Source of the DNA: Promethearchaeota archaeon
Lineage (GTDB): Archaea; Asgardarchaeota; Lokiarchaeia; Sigyniarchaeales; SOKP01
Assembly (NCBI GenBank): GCA_019894975.1
Contig: JAGXNO010000013.1
Location: 1 to 64,000 of the forward strand
Direction of reading: 5' to 3'
DNA length: 64,000 nt
This document shows, one piece after another, positions 55,827 to 64,000 of the stretch. Position 1 is the first letter of the stretch. Each line of letters begins with the position of its first letter. The translations under genes were made by a program, and so were the position numbers. The notes beneath the pieces were generated by a model. That model did not search any database, had not been told where the DNA came from, and was given only the letters and a program-made list of their open reading frames with translations.

Positions 55827-56483
55827 TTACCCTTTTAGATTCAATTTGTTTTGGAATTCTTTAAAGGTTTGATATAGTTCATCAACAATTTCTTCAATAA
55901 AGAGATTAACGTTTTCTATATCCTGATATTTACTTACCATACGTTTATGAATATTTTTAACCTTTCTTCTGAGATCATCCATTCCTGGAAACTTCTTCAA
56001 AAAACCGTTTAAGTCGTAAAATAATTTATTAACAAGTTCAATTTCATGGAAGCCCTTCAATTTTAGCGCATCCATTAATGTAATGAAGGTTGAAGTAATT
56101 TCTAAAGTAATACCTGGTAATTCTAGTACAGTTGAGTTTATAACTTTTGAATCTTGAAGTTTCTCACTTCTTGATTCTTCAGGTAATGCACCAGAAAATT
56201 CTAGTGCGGATATTTTGTTAATAATTTCAATAGCTTTATAATATTGGGTGATAAAATTCATTTTCTTAAGGAGCTTAGAAAGGTTAATTTTATTTTCATC
56301 CAAATATATATTGAATTTTACCAAATCATTAATTGTGTTTCTAACTTTTTTCTGAAAGAAATTATCTTTAATGATTCCTTTTTTAAATTTTTCATATGCA
56401 TTTAAAATGGTATTAATAAAAGCATAAAGCTCCGATTCGATATCCAACTTCGTTTCTGATTGAAAATTATTTTCTTCTACCAT
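55827..56483 (-). CDS. Vps28-like ESCRT-I subunit
   Basis: ESELYAFINT N-terminal helix, FITLMDALKL, and C-terminal DELYQTFKEF resemble Vps28; similar size (218 aa). Confidence 0.72.
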   Translation of the reverse strand: MVEENNFQSETKLDIESELYAFINTILNAYEKFKKGIIKDNFFQKKVRNTINDLVKFNIYLDENKINLSKLLKKMNFITQYYKAIEIINKISALEFSGALPEESRSEKLQDSKVINSTVLELPGITLEITSTFITLMDALKLKGFHEIELVNKLFYDLNGFLKKFPGMDDLRRKVKNIHKRMVSKYQDIENVNLFIEEIVDELYQTFKEFQNKLNLKG

Positions 56484-56533
56484 CTTAATATTTCTTTTAA
56501 TATTTTTAAATTCTGAAGTCTTGATTTAGAAGA

Positions 56534-57460
56534 TTACCCTAATAAATTTGGTCGTAAAAAGTAAAATAATATTGCTATAACAATCCCGATTATTAGAGTT
56601 GGAATTAATACACGGGTGGTAGAAGAGTTACTTAATTCCCTAATAGATATTGTCATTAAAATGGGTACCCAAATAGCAACGGTAAGAGCGTCTATCACAT
56701 CTAAAACTGCCCAAGTTCCAGAAGCAAACATTTGATCAAAAATAGTAAAATCATATGGAGTAGCCTGTGATGCTGTTACATTTGGGAATCCTACGAGAAT
56801 TATAAGAATTTTTATCGCATTGATGAGTAAGAATGGAGCAAACGCAGATAGCATCATATTGAATTTATATGAACCCTCTAAATGTAGCATTGTTCCCCCT
56901 TTATAGATACTAAAAGGGCTGATCTCTGCTTCTTTATACTTATCCCTAGTATCTTGTAATCCCCCAAAACGTGTTTCTAATCTCTGAGTGAATCCAACTG
57001 CAACATTTGCTCCTTTAGTAAAAAGCCAGATTAAAACCGCAAATAACACTAACTGAGATATGAATCCAAACACGAAAAAAGTGGCAAAAATACTTAAATT
57101 ATACACAAATCGGATGAGCGAATAGGTACCAACACCTGTAATATTAAAATGAGAGAAAAAAGCTAAACCCATAAGTCCGTAAAGTAATGAACTAAACAAT
57201 AAAATTAACCAACCGGGAGCCTTACTTCTTTTATGATTGATGTCCCAAAAACTACGGGAAGGATTTATAAAAAGGTATAAGATCTTTAAATACCAGGGAT
57301 AAGGATTTATCCATTCTGCTTCATATCTTTTAAAGAAACGGATTGTTTCAATCTTCTCAACTTTTAGATGAAAACCACAGAAAGCGCAGGCAAAACTATC
57401 AGCAGTATTCTCGTTTCCACATCTGGGGCAACGTTGGAATGCTGCTACTGTTTGAGACAT
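56534..57460 (-). CDS. Zinc-ribbon plus Yip1-like membrane protein
   Basis: CPRC..CAFC, then LFINPSRSFWDI and about 5 TM segments. Confidence 0.6.
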   Translation of the reverse strand: MSQTVAAFQRCPRCGNENTADSFACAFCGFHLKVEKIETIRFFKRYEAEWINPYPWYLKILYLFINPSRSFWDINHKRSKAPGWLILLFSSLLYGLMGLAFFSHFNITGVGTYSLIRFVYNLSIFATFFVFGFISQLVLFAVLIWLFTKGANVAVGFTQRLETRFGGLQDTRDKYKEAEISPFSIYKGGTMLHLEGSYKFNMMLSAFAPFLLINAIKILIILVGFPNVTASQATPYDFTIFDQMFASGTWAVLDVIDALTVAIWVPILMTISIRELSNSSTTRVLIPTLIIGIVIAILFYFLRPNLLG

Positions 57461-57627
57461 TCTTTTTACAACATTCTTTAATTTTTTATATTAAACATAT
57501 AATAAATTATTCTTATAAAAATTTCTTTTAAATCGTTAATATATTTGGATTCGATTTTAATTATTTAGCAGATTCTTTTTATTTATCATTTAATTCGAAA
57601 ATTAATAATTTTACTTGGGGTAATATT

Positions 57628-58689
57628 TCATACGTATTCTATGATAGAATAATCTTTCTTTTTGAGTACACGATATTCGCGTTGAGTGAATAATTTAGTT
57701 AACTCTAGGTTCGTTAGTGTGTGTTTTGTTATTTGTCCAACTTTTATTCTTGATGGTTTTTTTACAAATGACATTAAAGGAATTAACTGATCGCTTAAAT
57801 AATTATCAACAGGAATTTCATTAGAGATATATTTAATCATTTCATCTGCAGCTAAACGACCTACTTTTTCTGAACTCATGTTTTTTTCACCTAATATTGT
57901 TCCTGTAGAAATTATTGCTCCTGTATCGGAAAGAGACCATAAAGAAAGACCTACGCCTGAACTTAATGAGTCAACATATGTAATTTTTACATCCAGATCA
58001 ATCTTTAAATTTCTTTTAAGATGTTGATATATGACCTTTTTTATCCTCTCACCAATGTTTCTATTCTTAAGGTGATTTGTGGCGATAATTTCACCTTTTA
58101 TAATATCGAGATTTCCTAATTCAATAAGATTTATGGGTTTAATTTCATGTTGAGAGGAATGAAGGGTGCATCGTACTTGTGCTCCCCCCTTCGGATAAAA
58201 GCCATGTTCCTTTATTTCAACATCAATTTTTAATCCTGAATTTCTAAATAGTTGATAGGTGACCTCTTGAAGATAATTAAGACTCGGAGCCCATTTCCCA
58301 AAAGTTCCCCCTCCTTGTATATTAATATTAATTATTTCTGAGTTTCTAAAACCTAAACATGCTATCTGTATTGGTTGTAGTAGTAATCCTATACTTCCGG
58401 CAGTATTGATGTTTACATCGATATTAGATTTAATTTCAGTATTGGGAATTAATGTTATTTCTTTTGACCCAACCTGGCATTTTGATAAGTTACTATTAGT
58501 TAATTTCGCAAGTGTTTGTAATCCTATTAAATGTTGCATTCTTAACCCTGGTTTTGGTCTATTTGCCCTTATATTTTTTATTCGAATAGGCCGTGAGAAT
58601 AAACTAGAGAATCCTGCTCCGATTCTAAGTATGGACCCTCCACCTTCCCCAAAGGAACCATCAATTTCTAATTTGTCTCCTTGAGTCAT
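57628..58689 (-). CDS. rtcA: RNA 3'-terminal phosphate cyclase
   Basis: IDGSFGEGGG, IRANRPKPGL, GFYPKGG, DQL, TKHTLTN. Confidence 0.92.
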   Translation of the reverse strand: MTQGDKLEIDGSFGEGGGSILRIGAGFSSLFSRPIRIKNIRANRPKPGLRMQHLIGLQTLAKLTNSNLSKCQVGSKEITLIPNTEIKSNIDVNINTAGSIGLLLQPIQIACLGFRNSEIININIQGGGTFGKWAPSLNYLQEVTYQLFRNSGLKIDVEIKEHGFYPKGGAQVRCTLHSSQHEIKPINLIELGNLDIIKGEIIATNHLKNRNIGERIKKVIYQHLKRNLKIDLDVKITYVDSLSSGVGLSLWSLSDTGAIISTGTILGEKNMSSEKVGRLAADEMIKYISNEIPVDNYLSDQLIPLMSFVKKPSRIKVGQITKHTLTNLELTKLFTQREYRVLKKKDYSIIEYV

Positions 58690-58699
58690 ATTTCATCAA

Positions 58700-59824
58700 T
58701 TAAGATAACGATTTTATTCGATTTATACCATCAAACTCTTCCATTAGTTTTATTACTTCTTGTGGAACTAAAGATTTCCAAGTCTTATCATCCTTAACGA
58801 TCAAGCGTCGAATATTACTAGCATTGAATTTTCGTTTAAAAATTGCATATTTTTTCCCAAGAGTAAATCCTTTTTTCAGGAATAATTCTCTAATCCAATC
58901 ACTATTAGAAAAGATAGCATTAAAATCACCGACTATGGAAACTACATGATCAACCCAATTTTTAGCATCAAAAATATCAGGAATTTCATAAATCTCATAT
59001 CTCTTAGGAGATAATTGTCTTTTTTTAAAAACTGCTTTGATGAACTCATTTCTTTCTCTGTTTGTAAAGGGATCATTGAATGTGTTTGCAAGTTGAGAGC
59101 TCCCTATTCCAATTTTTACATTATTATATGTTTTTAAAATACTTCTAAGAACATAGATGTGACCGTGATGGAGAGGTTGGAATCTCCCAATAAACAACGC
59201 TGTATTTTTACGAGAGTCTTTTTGCTTTATTTTTTCTCTGAAAAGAGAATTAATATCATAATTTAGAATATATCTCCAAATTTCTTCGCTATGATCAACT
59301 AGTTTCTCATTTTTTAATAGATTTTCTAATTCTTCTTTAGTGTAGAATTTGCTATGTTCAAAATCTAACTCCTTAGGATCTGGATTTAAGGGGGTTCTAT
59401 AATCAACTAATCCAAAGAAAATATAAGATATTTCTTTTGTACCATTGTCTTCTTCTTCACTTAATTCATAAAACCTTATTTCTTGAATCGTTTTTGATGG
59501 AATTCCAAATTCTTCCTCTAGCTCTCTCAAGGCATCCTTTTTAATGCTAATTAGATTTAGATTCTTTGCCCATAGAACATGTCCAGAAGAAGAATCTGTG
59601 AAATAACCTGGAAAGGAACTTTTATTTTTACTTCTTTTTTGAACCAAATAGAGAATTTCCCCTTCAGGTGAAATTGATATAACAAAAAATCGGGTTATGA
59701 GATGCGTAATATTTTTCTCGTGAGCTAAGCTTCTTTCCATTGGAAAAATATATTTAGAAATTTGACCTGAGTGCAAAAATTTTATATTTTCTTCTTTAAT
59801 ACAAGCCAAAATTTCTTTTTTCAT
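58700..59824 (-). CDS. Nudix (IDI1/YfcD-like) domain fused to NMN adenylyltransferase (NadM)
   Basis: QKRS..K..FPG, SGHV, RELEEEFGI; then FIGRFQPLHHGH, NDPFT..ER, ASNIR. Confidence 0.85.
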   Translation of the reverse strand: MKKEILACIKEENIKFLHSGQISKYIFPMERSLAHEKNITHLITRFFVISISPEGEILYLVQKRSKNKSSFPGYFTDSSSGHVLWAKNLNLISIKKDALRELEEEFGIPSKTIQEIRFYELSEEEDNGTKEISYIFFGLVDYRTPLNPDPKELDFEHSKFYTKEELENLLKNEKLVDHSEEIWRYILNYDINSLFREKIKQKDSRKNTALFIGRFQPLHHGHIYVLRSILKTYNNVKIGIGSSQLANTFNDPFTNRERNEFIKAVFKKRQLSPKRYEIYEIPDIFDAKNWVDHVVSIVGDFNAIFSNSDWIRELFLKKGFTLGKKYAIFKRKFNASNIRRLIVKDDKTWKSLVPQEVIKLMEEFDGINRIKSLS

Positions 59825-59839
59825 TTCAAATATCTCCTT

Positions 59840-60667
59840 CTATATTTGTACAGTTATAATTTCCCCTGATTTAAATCCTAGTTTATTAGATGCATTTCCT
59901 TGGTTAATAGAAATTTCAAGAAATCCCGTAGAACCAACAAGGAATAGTAAGGAATCAATAGGAACACCTGAAAAATGAGTATTGAAGATTCCTTTGTATT
60001 TTTCATTATTAATAATTAATGTGATTTCTGCTCCATCTTCTAATGCAATATTTAAATCTTTAATAATATTATCAACTATTTGGATTGGAGTTATCCCATT
60101 TCCGAAAGAATCTATATACTGAATTGGGCAGGTTATACTTCTTCTATCCGAATTAATTTCATATTTTACAGGATTTCTTTTTAAATTGTTAAAATTATAT
60201 TTTGGACCTAGATCAGATAAGGGAAAATCTTCATATTTGGCAATATAAGCACCTACTGGTGCCATAATATCTCTCCCGTGGAATGTAGTTGAAACAGGGT
60301 GATTGAAATATTCTTTGTTTTGAACACTTATGCATTCAGAAATTTCTGTTGCTTCGAGAAAATTTGGAAAAATACCATTATCAGGTCCAATGAAGTAGAA
60401 GTTTGATTTGGTTTTCAAAGCGATAATTTCTCTTGAGCTTCCAACTCCGGGATCAACTACAGTTATGAATATTGCTTTATCAGGAAAATATCTATATGTA
60501 GATTTTAAAATATATGATGCTTCTCCTACTGAATAAGCGGAGATAGTATGGGAAAGATCTATTATTTTTACTAAAGGATTCGTTTTTAAGATGACTGCTT
60601 TCATTACAGCTACATAATGCTGACCTCTTGGTCCAAAATCAGTTACTAACCCAATATATCTTTCCAT
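59840..60667 (-). CDS. SAM hydroxide adenosyltransferase (chlorinase/fluorinase, DUF62 family)
   Basis: TDFG, VVDPGVG, GPDNG, TFHGRD, IDSFGN. Confidence 0.92.
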   Translation of the reverse strand: MERYIGLVTDFGPRGQHYVAVMKAVILKTNPLVKIIDLSHTISAYSVGEASYILKSTYRYFPDKAIFITVVDPGVGSSREIIALKTKSNFYFIGPDNGIFPNFLEATEISECISVQNKEYFNHPVSTTFHGRDIMAPVGAYIAKYEDFPLSDLGPKYNFNNLKRNPVKYEINSDRRSITCPIQYIDSFGNGITPIQIVDNIIKDLNIALEDGAEITLIINNEKYKGIFNTHFSGVPIDSLLFLVGSTGFLEISINQGNASNKLGFKSGEIITVQI

Positions 60668-60731
60668 TTTTTTACAAGCGTAACTAAATTCTTCTTAGGA
60701 GTACTTTATATTGCTACTATATACACAAAAT

Positions 60732-61643
60732 TTATGATGGTATTTCTTTCCTATATTTCTGATCAATTTTGTAAAAATCTTCAAGAGCTTTAGATTTTAA
60801 CCTAAATTCCTCTTCTTTGTCAAATTGTACTAATTTCTTAGAAATTTCACTTGCTTTTCTGTATGAGGTATAGGCTGTATGGAAGTCTTCGTTTCTTAAG
60901 GCATAACGAGCTTCTTGAACAATCTTTTCTCTTTCTTTTGACAATTCTGGTATTTGTTGAGAAAACTCTCCCTTCTCTTTTAAGGAAGCAGCTATATCCA
61001 TTATATAGAGTTCTTCTGCTATCTCGGCTGCTCTTTTATAGCTTTTTGCAGCTTTTTCATACTCTAGAGATTTAATTGCAGATTCCGCTGTTCTATATAA
61101 ATCAGAAACTTTTGTATGTTCACCATTCTCAATTTTTCCTAAAAGGTCTTGAGCTATTTTTCTTTCTTTCTTTCCACCACTTAACATGAATTTAGTTATA
61201 TTTATAATATTATTCTTCAATGCTTCAGGTTGAAGAATATCAATTAAAGGCTCTAAATGTTCAAAATAAATATCTTTTAAGATTGTTTCAAATTCTTCCT
61301 TTGACTTACCTATAATGTTAAGGCTAGGCATCTCAAGTGCTTCAGCAGCTTCTTTAAGAGAAGATCGAAATTTTTCTGGCTCATTTTCTTCAGTTAATAA
61401 TAAACCTATAATAATTCCAGAAGCTTTTCTAGCTAATTTACCCTTTAGCTTATAGATATAAGAAAAAACTCGGTCTTCTTTTAATTTTAGCAAATTATAA
61501 TCATTTTTTGAATGATCCAGATTCAATCTAAGAAATAAATCATTCGTTATTTCAAATCTCGATTCTCCTTCTTTAAAATAATACCCCATTACTTTATAAT
61601 CTGAATCTGTTGGGAGTAATACTACAAAACAACCGTTTGGCAT
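60732..61643 (-). CDS. Hypothetical protein: alpha/beta N-terminal domain (longin-like?) plus TPR-like helical repeats
   Basis: Two similar repeats (YEKAAKSYKRAAEIAEEL, FHTAYTSYRKASEISKKL). Confidence 0.6.
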   Translation of the reverse strand: MPNGCFVVLLPTDSDYKVMGYYFKEGESRFEITNDLFLRLNLDHSKNDYNLLKLKEDRVFSYIYKLKGKLARKASGIIIGLLLTEENEPEKFRSSLKEAAEALEMPSLNIIGKSKEEFETILKDIYFEHLEPLIDILQPEALKNNIINITKFMLSGGKKERKIAQDLLGKIENGEHTKVSDLYRTAESAIKSLEYEKAAKSYKRAAEIAEELYIMDIAASLKEKGEFSQQIPELSKEREKIVQEARYALRNEDFHTAYTSYRKASEISKKLVQFDKEEEFRLKSKALEDFYKIDQKYRKEIPS

Positions 61644-61708
61644 CTTAAATCATGTACCTCTTAGTTTTTTAAATTTAAAACAAGTTCTTATAACAAAATA
61701 CTTGTAGT

Positions 61709-62131
61709 TTAGGATTGGGTACTACTAATTATTCTATTTGTTTCTTCCCTAATACTTTGGATAATATTTAACAATTGAGCAAAATAAAGATTATCAGCAA
61801 CAGTTTTTGATGCCTGCTTTATTGTTTCAATAGCTTTCTTTTCATCTTCTGTAATTACTTCAATCGATTTTTTATCCCATAACTCTTTTACTTTTGTATT
61901 AAAATCTTCAGATAATTCTTTTAAACTAATACTTGATTGAATTCTGAATTGTTTTAAAACCTCTACAATCAATCTAATATTTTCTGTCATTGAAACAGTT
62001 TGTTCAGAAAAACTTTGGCTCATTTGAGTAATTGATTGACTCATCTGGCCAATTTGGGCAATCGTCCCATCTAATGAACTCATTATTTGATTAATTTTTT
62101 GAATCATCTGATCTAATAATTGTTCTGCCAC
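61709..62131 (-). CDS. Coiled-coil hypothetical protein
   Basis: Heptad pattern; N-terminus similar to the neighbouring gene. Confidence 0.7.
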   Translation of the reverse strand: MAEQLLDQMIQKINQIMSSLDGTIAQIGQMSQSITQMSQSFSEQTVSMTENIRLIVEVLKQFRIQSSISLKELSEDFNTKVKELWDKKSIEVITEDEKKAIETIKQASKTVADNLYFAQLLNIIQSIREETNRIISSTQS

Positions 62132-62166
62132 TTTTCTATCACCTATTTGTTTTAAATAAAATTTAC

Positions 62167-62580
62167 TTATTCTACTACCTCTTCCTTATTAAGTGATTCT
62201 TTTAAAACTTTTACAGAATCGATAGCTTCTGATAATAATAAATTCACTGTATCTTGATTAAGAATTCCTTCAGAGAGATTGGAAAACTCTTCAAGTTTTT
62301 TAATTAAATTTTTAAGTGCATCTAAACCTAATCCTTCTTGTATTATTTTTAATTCCTTAGTTGTTACACTCCCAATTTCCTTCATTGCGTCAATATGTTT
62401 AGTTTGTGTAACGTTAATTTCATTAGAAAATTCTCCTAATTTCTCTGTCAAATTTGAAATTTTTTCTTCGATGTTTGTATTAAGCTGGTTAAGTGATTCG
62501 TTAAGCGTTTGTATTGAAGCGCCCAATTGTGCAATCCTTTTATAAATATTCTGAAGAAGGTCGGTTAACATCTCAGCCAT
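62167..62580 (-). CDS. Coiled-coil hypothetical protein (probable paralog of 61709-62131)
   Basis: MAEMLTDLLQNI versus MAEQLLDQMIQKI; 137 versus 140 aa. Confidence 0.7.
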   Translation of the reverse strand: MAEMLTDLLQNIYKRIAQLGASIQTLNESLNQLNTNIEEKISNLTEKLGEFSNEINVTQTKHIDAMKEIGSVTTKELKIIQEGLGLDALKNLIKKLEEFSNLSEGILNQDTVNLLLSEAIDSVKVLKESLNKEEVVE

Positions 62581-62839
62581 ACATAATCAACTTTTTTAAC
62601 TTTTAGTTTGGTAATTTACTAATGTCTCTTTTTGTTACTTCAATTATAAATATAACAGATTACATCAATAAAAAAATATTCAATAAAAAAATATTTATCT
62701 TTTTTCTTATTTAATAAGAATATAAACACAAACAAGATTAATAGCCATCGAAACGATTAATTATATAAAGGAGAAACAACACCAAATACTTTGAAAAACT
62801 GAGTTTGTACAAATAACAATAAGGGCCATTTGCTTAGCC

Positions 62840-62869
62840 AAAATTGGAAATTTATTCCCATTTCTAAAT
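62840..62869 (+). other. tRNA intron 1 (30 nt, D-loop, 17/17a)
   Basis: BHB: helix TTAG/CTAA, bulges CC|A and AT|T, intron helix AAAT/ATTT plus GGAA/TTCC. Confidence 0.85.
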
Positions 62870-62875
62870 TGGTTA

Positions 62876-62903
62876 TCAAGGTTTTTGAGTACGCTTGGCC
62901 AAC
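62876..62903 (+). other. tRNA intron 2 (28 nt, 21/22)
   Basis: BHB: helix TGGT/GCCA, bulges TA|T and AC|A, intron helix CAAG/CTTG. Confidence 0.85.
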
Positions 62904-62919
62904 AAGCGCAGGTCTTATA

Positions 62920-62972
62920 AATGACCTACAGACATACAAAAAAGTATTAACAAAGTGTCTGTAATAAGTAAA
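62920..62972 (+). other. tRNA intron 3 (53 nt, anticodon loop; register 37/38 or 38/39 ambiguous within A runs)
   Basis: Relaxed BHB (TTAT/GTAA helix in the 38/39 register); 8-bp internal stem TACAGACA/TGTCTGTA. Confidence 0.75.
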
Positions 62973-62993
62973 AACCTGAGATCCGGGGTTCAA

Positions 62994-63024
62994 GTGATGA
63001 TTGGGATTCCCTTCATCAGAACAA
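62994..63024 (+). other. tRNA intron 4 (31 nt, T-loop, 58/59)
   Basis: Canonical BHB: helix GTTC/GAAC, bulges AA|G and AA|A, intron helix TGATGA/TCATCA. Confidence 0.9.
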
Positions 63025-63039
63025 ATCCCCGATGGCCCA

Positions 63040-63061
63040 TTTTTATCTTCTTTTTACTTTT
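63040..63061 (+). terminator. Oligo-T terminator-like tract after tRNA-Ile
   Basis: T-rich run immediately after the discriminator base. Confidence 0.5.
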
Positions 63062-63192
63062 AGAGTCAAAAAACTTCGTGAAACATCAATTTCACGTTTT
63101 TTTATATATCTTGGAGAAATACCTCCATATGGATTAGGATATTATTTTAAGGTATTGAAGATTTAATTGTAAAAAACAAATGATATAATGAT

Positions 63193-63885
63193 TTACTTAT
63201 CCAAATTGGTACTAATTAGATCAAGTAACCATTTCTTTATTTGGGTAAGATTTTTAATTATACCAGGGATAAGATTCTCGGGAAAATTTTGTTCGTGATT
63301 TAATCTCTGAGCTGTTTCCATCCATTTATTTAATGCTAGCTGTACCAAACTAGCGCCTTCTGCTTCCATAAAAATTGGAACAACAGCGGCAGATTCTCTA
63401 GCATCACCAATTGCAAAATAAATTCTCCGATTACTCTCTTTTAACATTACTAAATTAGCACACTCATCAAGTTTTCTCTCAACTAAGATGCTTTTTAATA
63501 TTTGATCTTTTAAATCTTGATCTTTAGAAACAAATAGCTCTTTCCTTCTTTTGAGAGTTGGTTGAATTTCAGATACAACTTTATCCCCTGTATCTCCTTG
63601 ATTAAAATATTTTGTAATTCTAACACCATCTTCTAAAGCTTCGATAGCTGTAAATTTTTTTGTGTTGGAATAAAAAATTGCTTTAGAACCCGGTTGATCT
63701 TCGCTGGAAGATAATTTAGTATGAATACTTCTCATAACCACAGAATTACATGTATGATAAGCGATTTCAAACAATTCTCTTGGGATTAAAGAAGCATACG
63801 GTTCTTCTATATGCTTAGAGAGCCACTGAGAAGTAATAACCCCATTAAATTGTGATAAAAGTCGGTTTTCCATAACTATTCGCAA
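63193..63885 (-). CDS. Hypothetical protein
   Basis: 230-aa ORF with no recognised motif. Confidence 0.7.
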   Translation of the reverse strand: MRIVMENRLLSQFNGVITSQWLSKHIEEPYASLIPRELFEIAYHTCNSVVMRSIHTKLSSSEDQPGSKAIFYSNTKKFTAIEALEDGVRITKYFNQGDTGDKVVSEIQPTLKRRKELFVSKDQDLKDQILKSILVERKLDECANLVMLKESNRRIYFAIGDARESAAVVPIFMEAEGASLVQLALNKWMETAQRLNHEQNFPENLIPGIIKNLTQIKKWLLDLISTNLDK

Positions 63886-64000
63886 TTTATTTGTAAATAT
63901 TCAGTTAGAACAAATTTTATTAAAATATAGTACTTCTAGTTTTTAATTATTGTTATTTCTGATAAAGTAGAAATTTTAAAATTGTAGATGGTTTCTACTT

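Larger units (their letters stand above)
62823..63039 (+). tRNA. tRNA-Ile(UAU) with four introns: join(62823..62839,62870..62875,62904..62919,62973..62993,63025..63039), 75 nt
   Basis: Spliced sequence GGGCCAT TT GCTT AGCCTGGTTA AAGC G CAGGT CT TAT AA ACCTG AGATC CGGGG TTCAAAT CCCCG ATGGCCC A; all four stems fully paired; U8, A14, G15-C48, G18G19, U33 and the T-loop are canonical. Confidence 0.9.

Noticed and set aside
62909-62978. Alternative splice giving anticodon UAA (Leu)
   Set aside because: Short 5-nt variable loop and Ile-like acceptor; the 5' cut would not fit bulge geometry
62977-63039. Hairpin with TGATGA read as a C/D-box RNA, SECIS element or hammerhead ribozyme
   Set aside because: No matching D box or hammerhead GAAA, and no adjacent in-frame TGA gene; fully explained as the T arm plus intron 4
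62757-63137. ORF-track calls 62757-62993 (-) and 62955-63137 (+)
   Set aside because: They overlap the four-intron tRNA-Ile gene and show no protein motifs

Overview
AT-rich archaeal chromosome segment, most consistent with an Asgard archaeon of the Lokiarchaeia type. Support: archaeal ribosomal proteins (uS2, uL11, uL1, uL10, P1/L12, eL14, eL34), an ether-lipid gene cluster, a Vps28-like gene and LITAF-like zinc-ribbon genes. The assignment is inferred from gene content only. The window is mostly housekeeping and catabolic genes; no CRISPR array, transposase or rRNA was seen. The main result is extensive bulge-helix-bulge (BHB) intron use that the ORF track misses. (1) The apparently empty region 62823-63039 is a tRNA-Ile(UAU) gene split by four introns (30, 28, 53, 31 nt). 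Three have clear BHB folds, one exon is only 6 nt, and the exons join into a canonical 75-nt cloverleaf. (2) The uL11 gene is interrupted inside its conserved GPPxGPA motif by a 35-nt insert that carries a stop and shifts frame. It folds as a relaxed BHB and is a candidate mRNA intron. (3) tRNA-Ser(GGA) has a 17-nt intron at 37/38. Also found: an unannotated eL34 gene with an ATT start, a 56-aa zinc-ribbon gene, an internally deleted iolD-like pseudogene, an orphan CheB, two orphan DNA methyltransferases and a Nudix-NadM fusion. All product calls come from motif recognition by eye, with no database searches.
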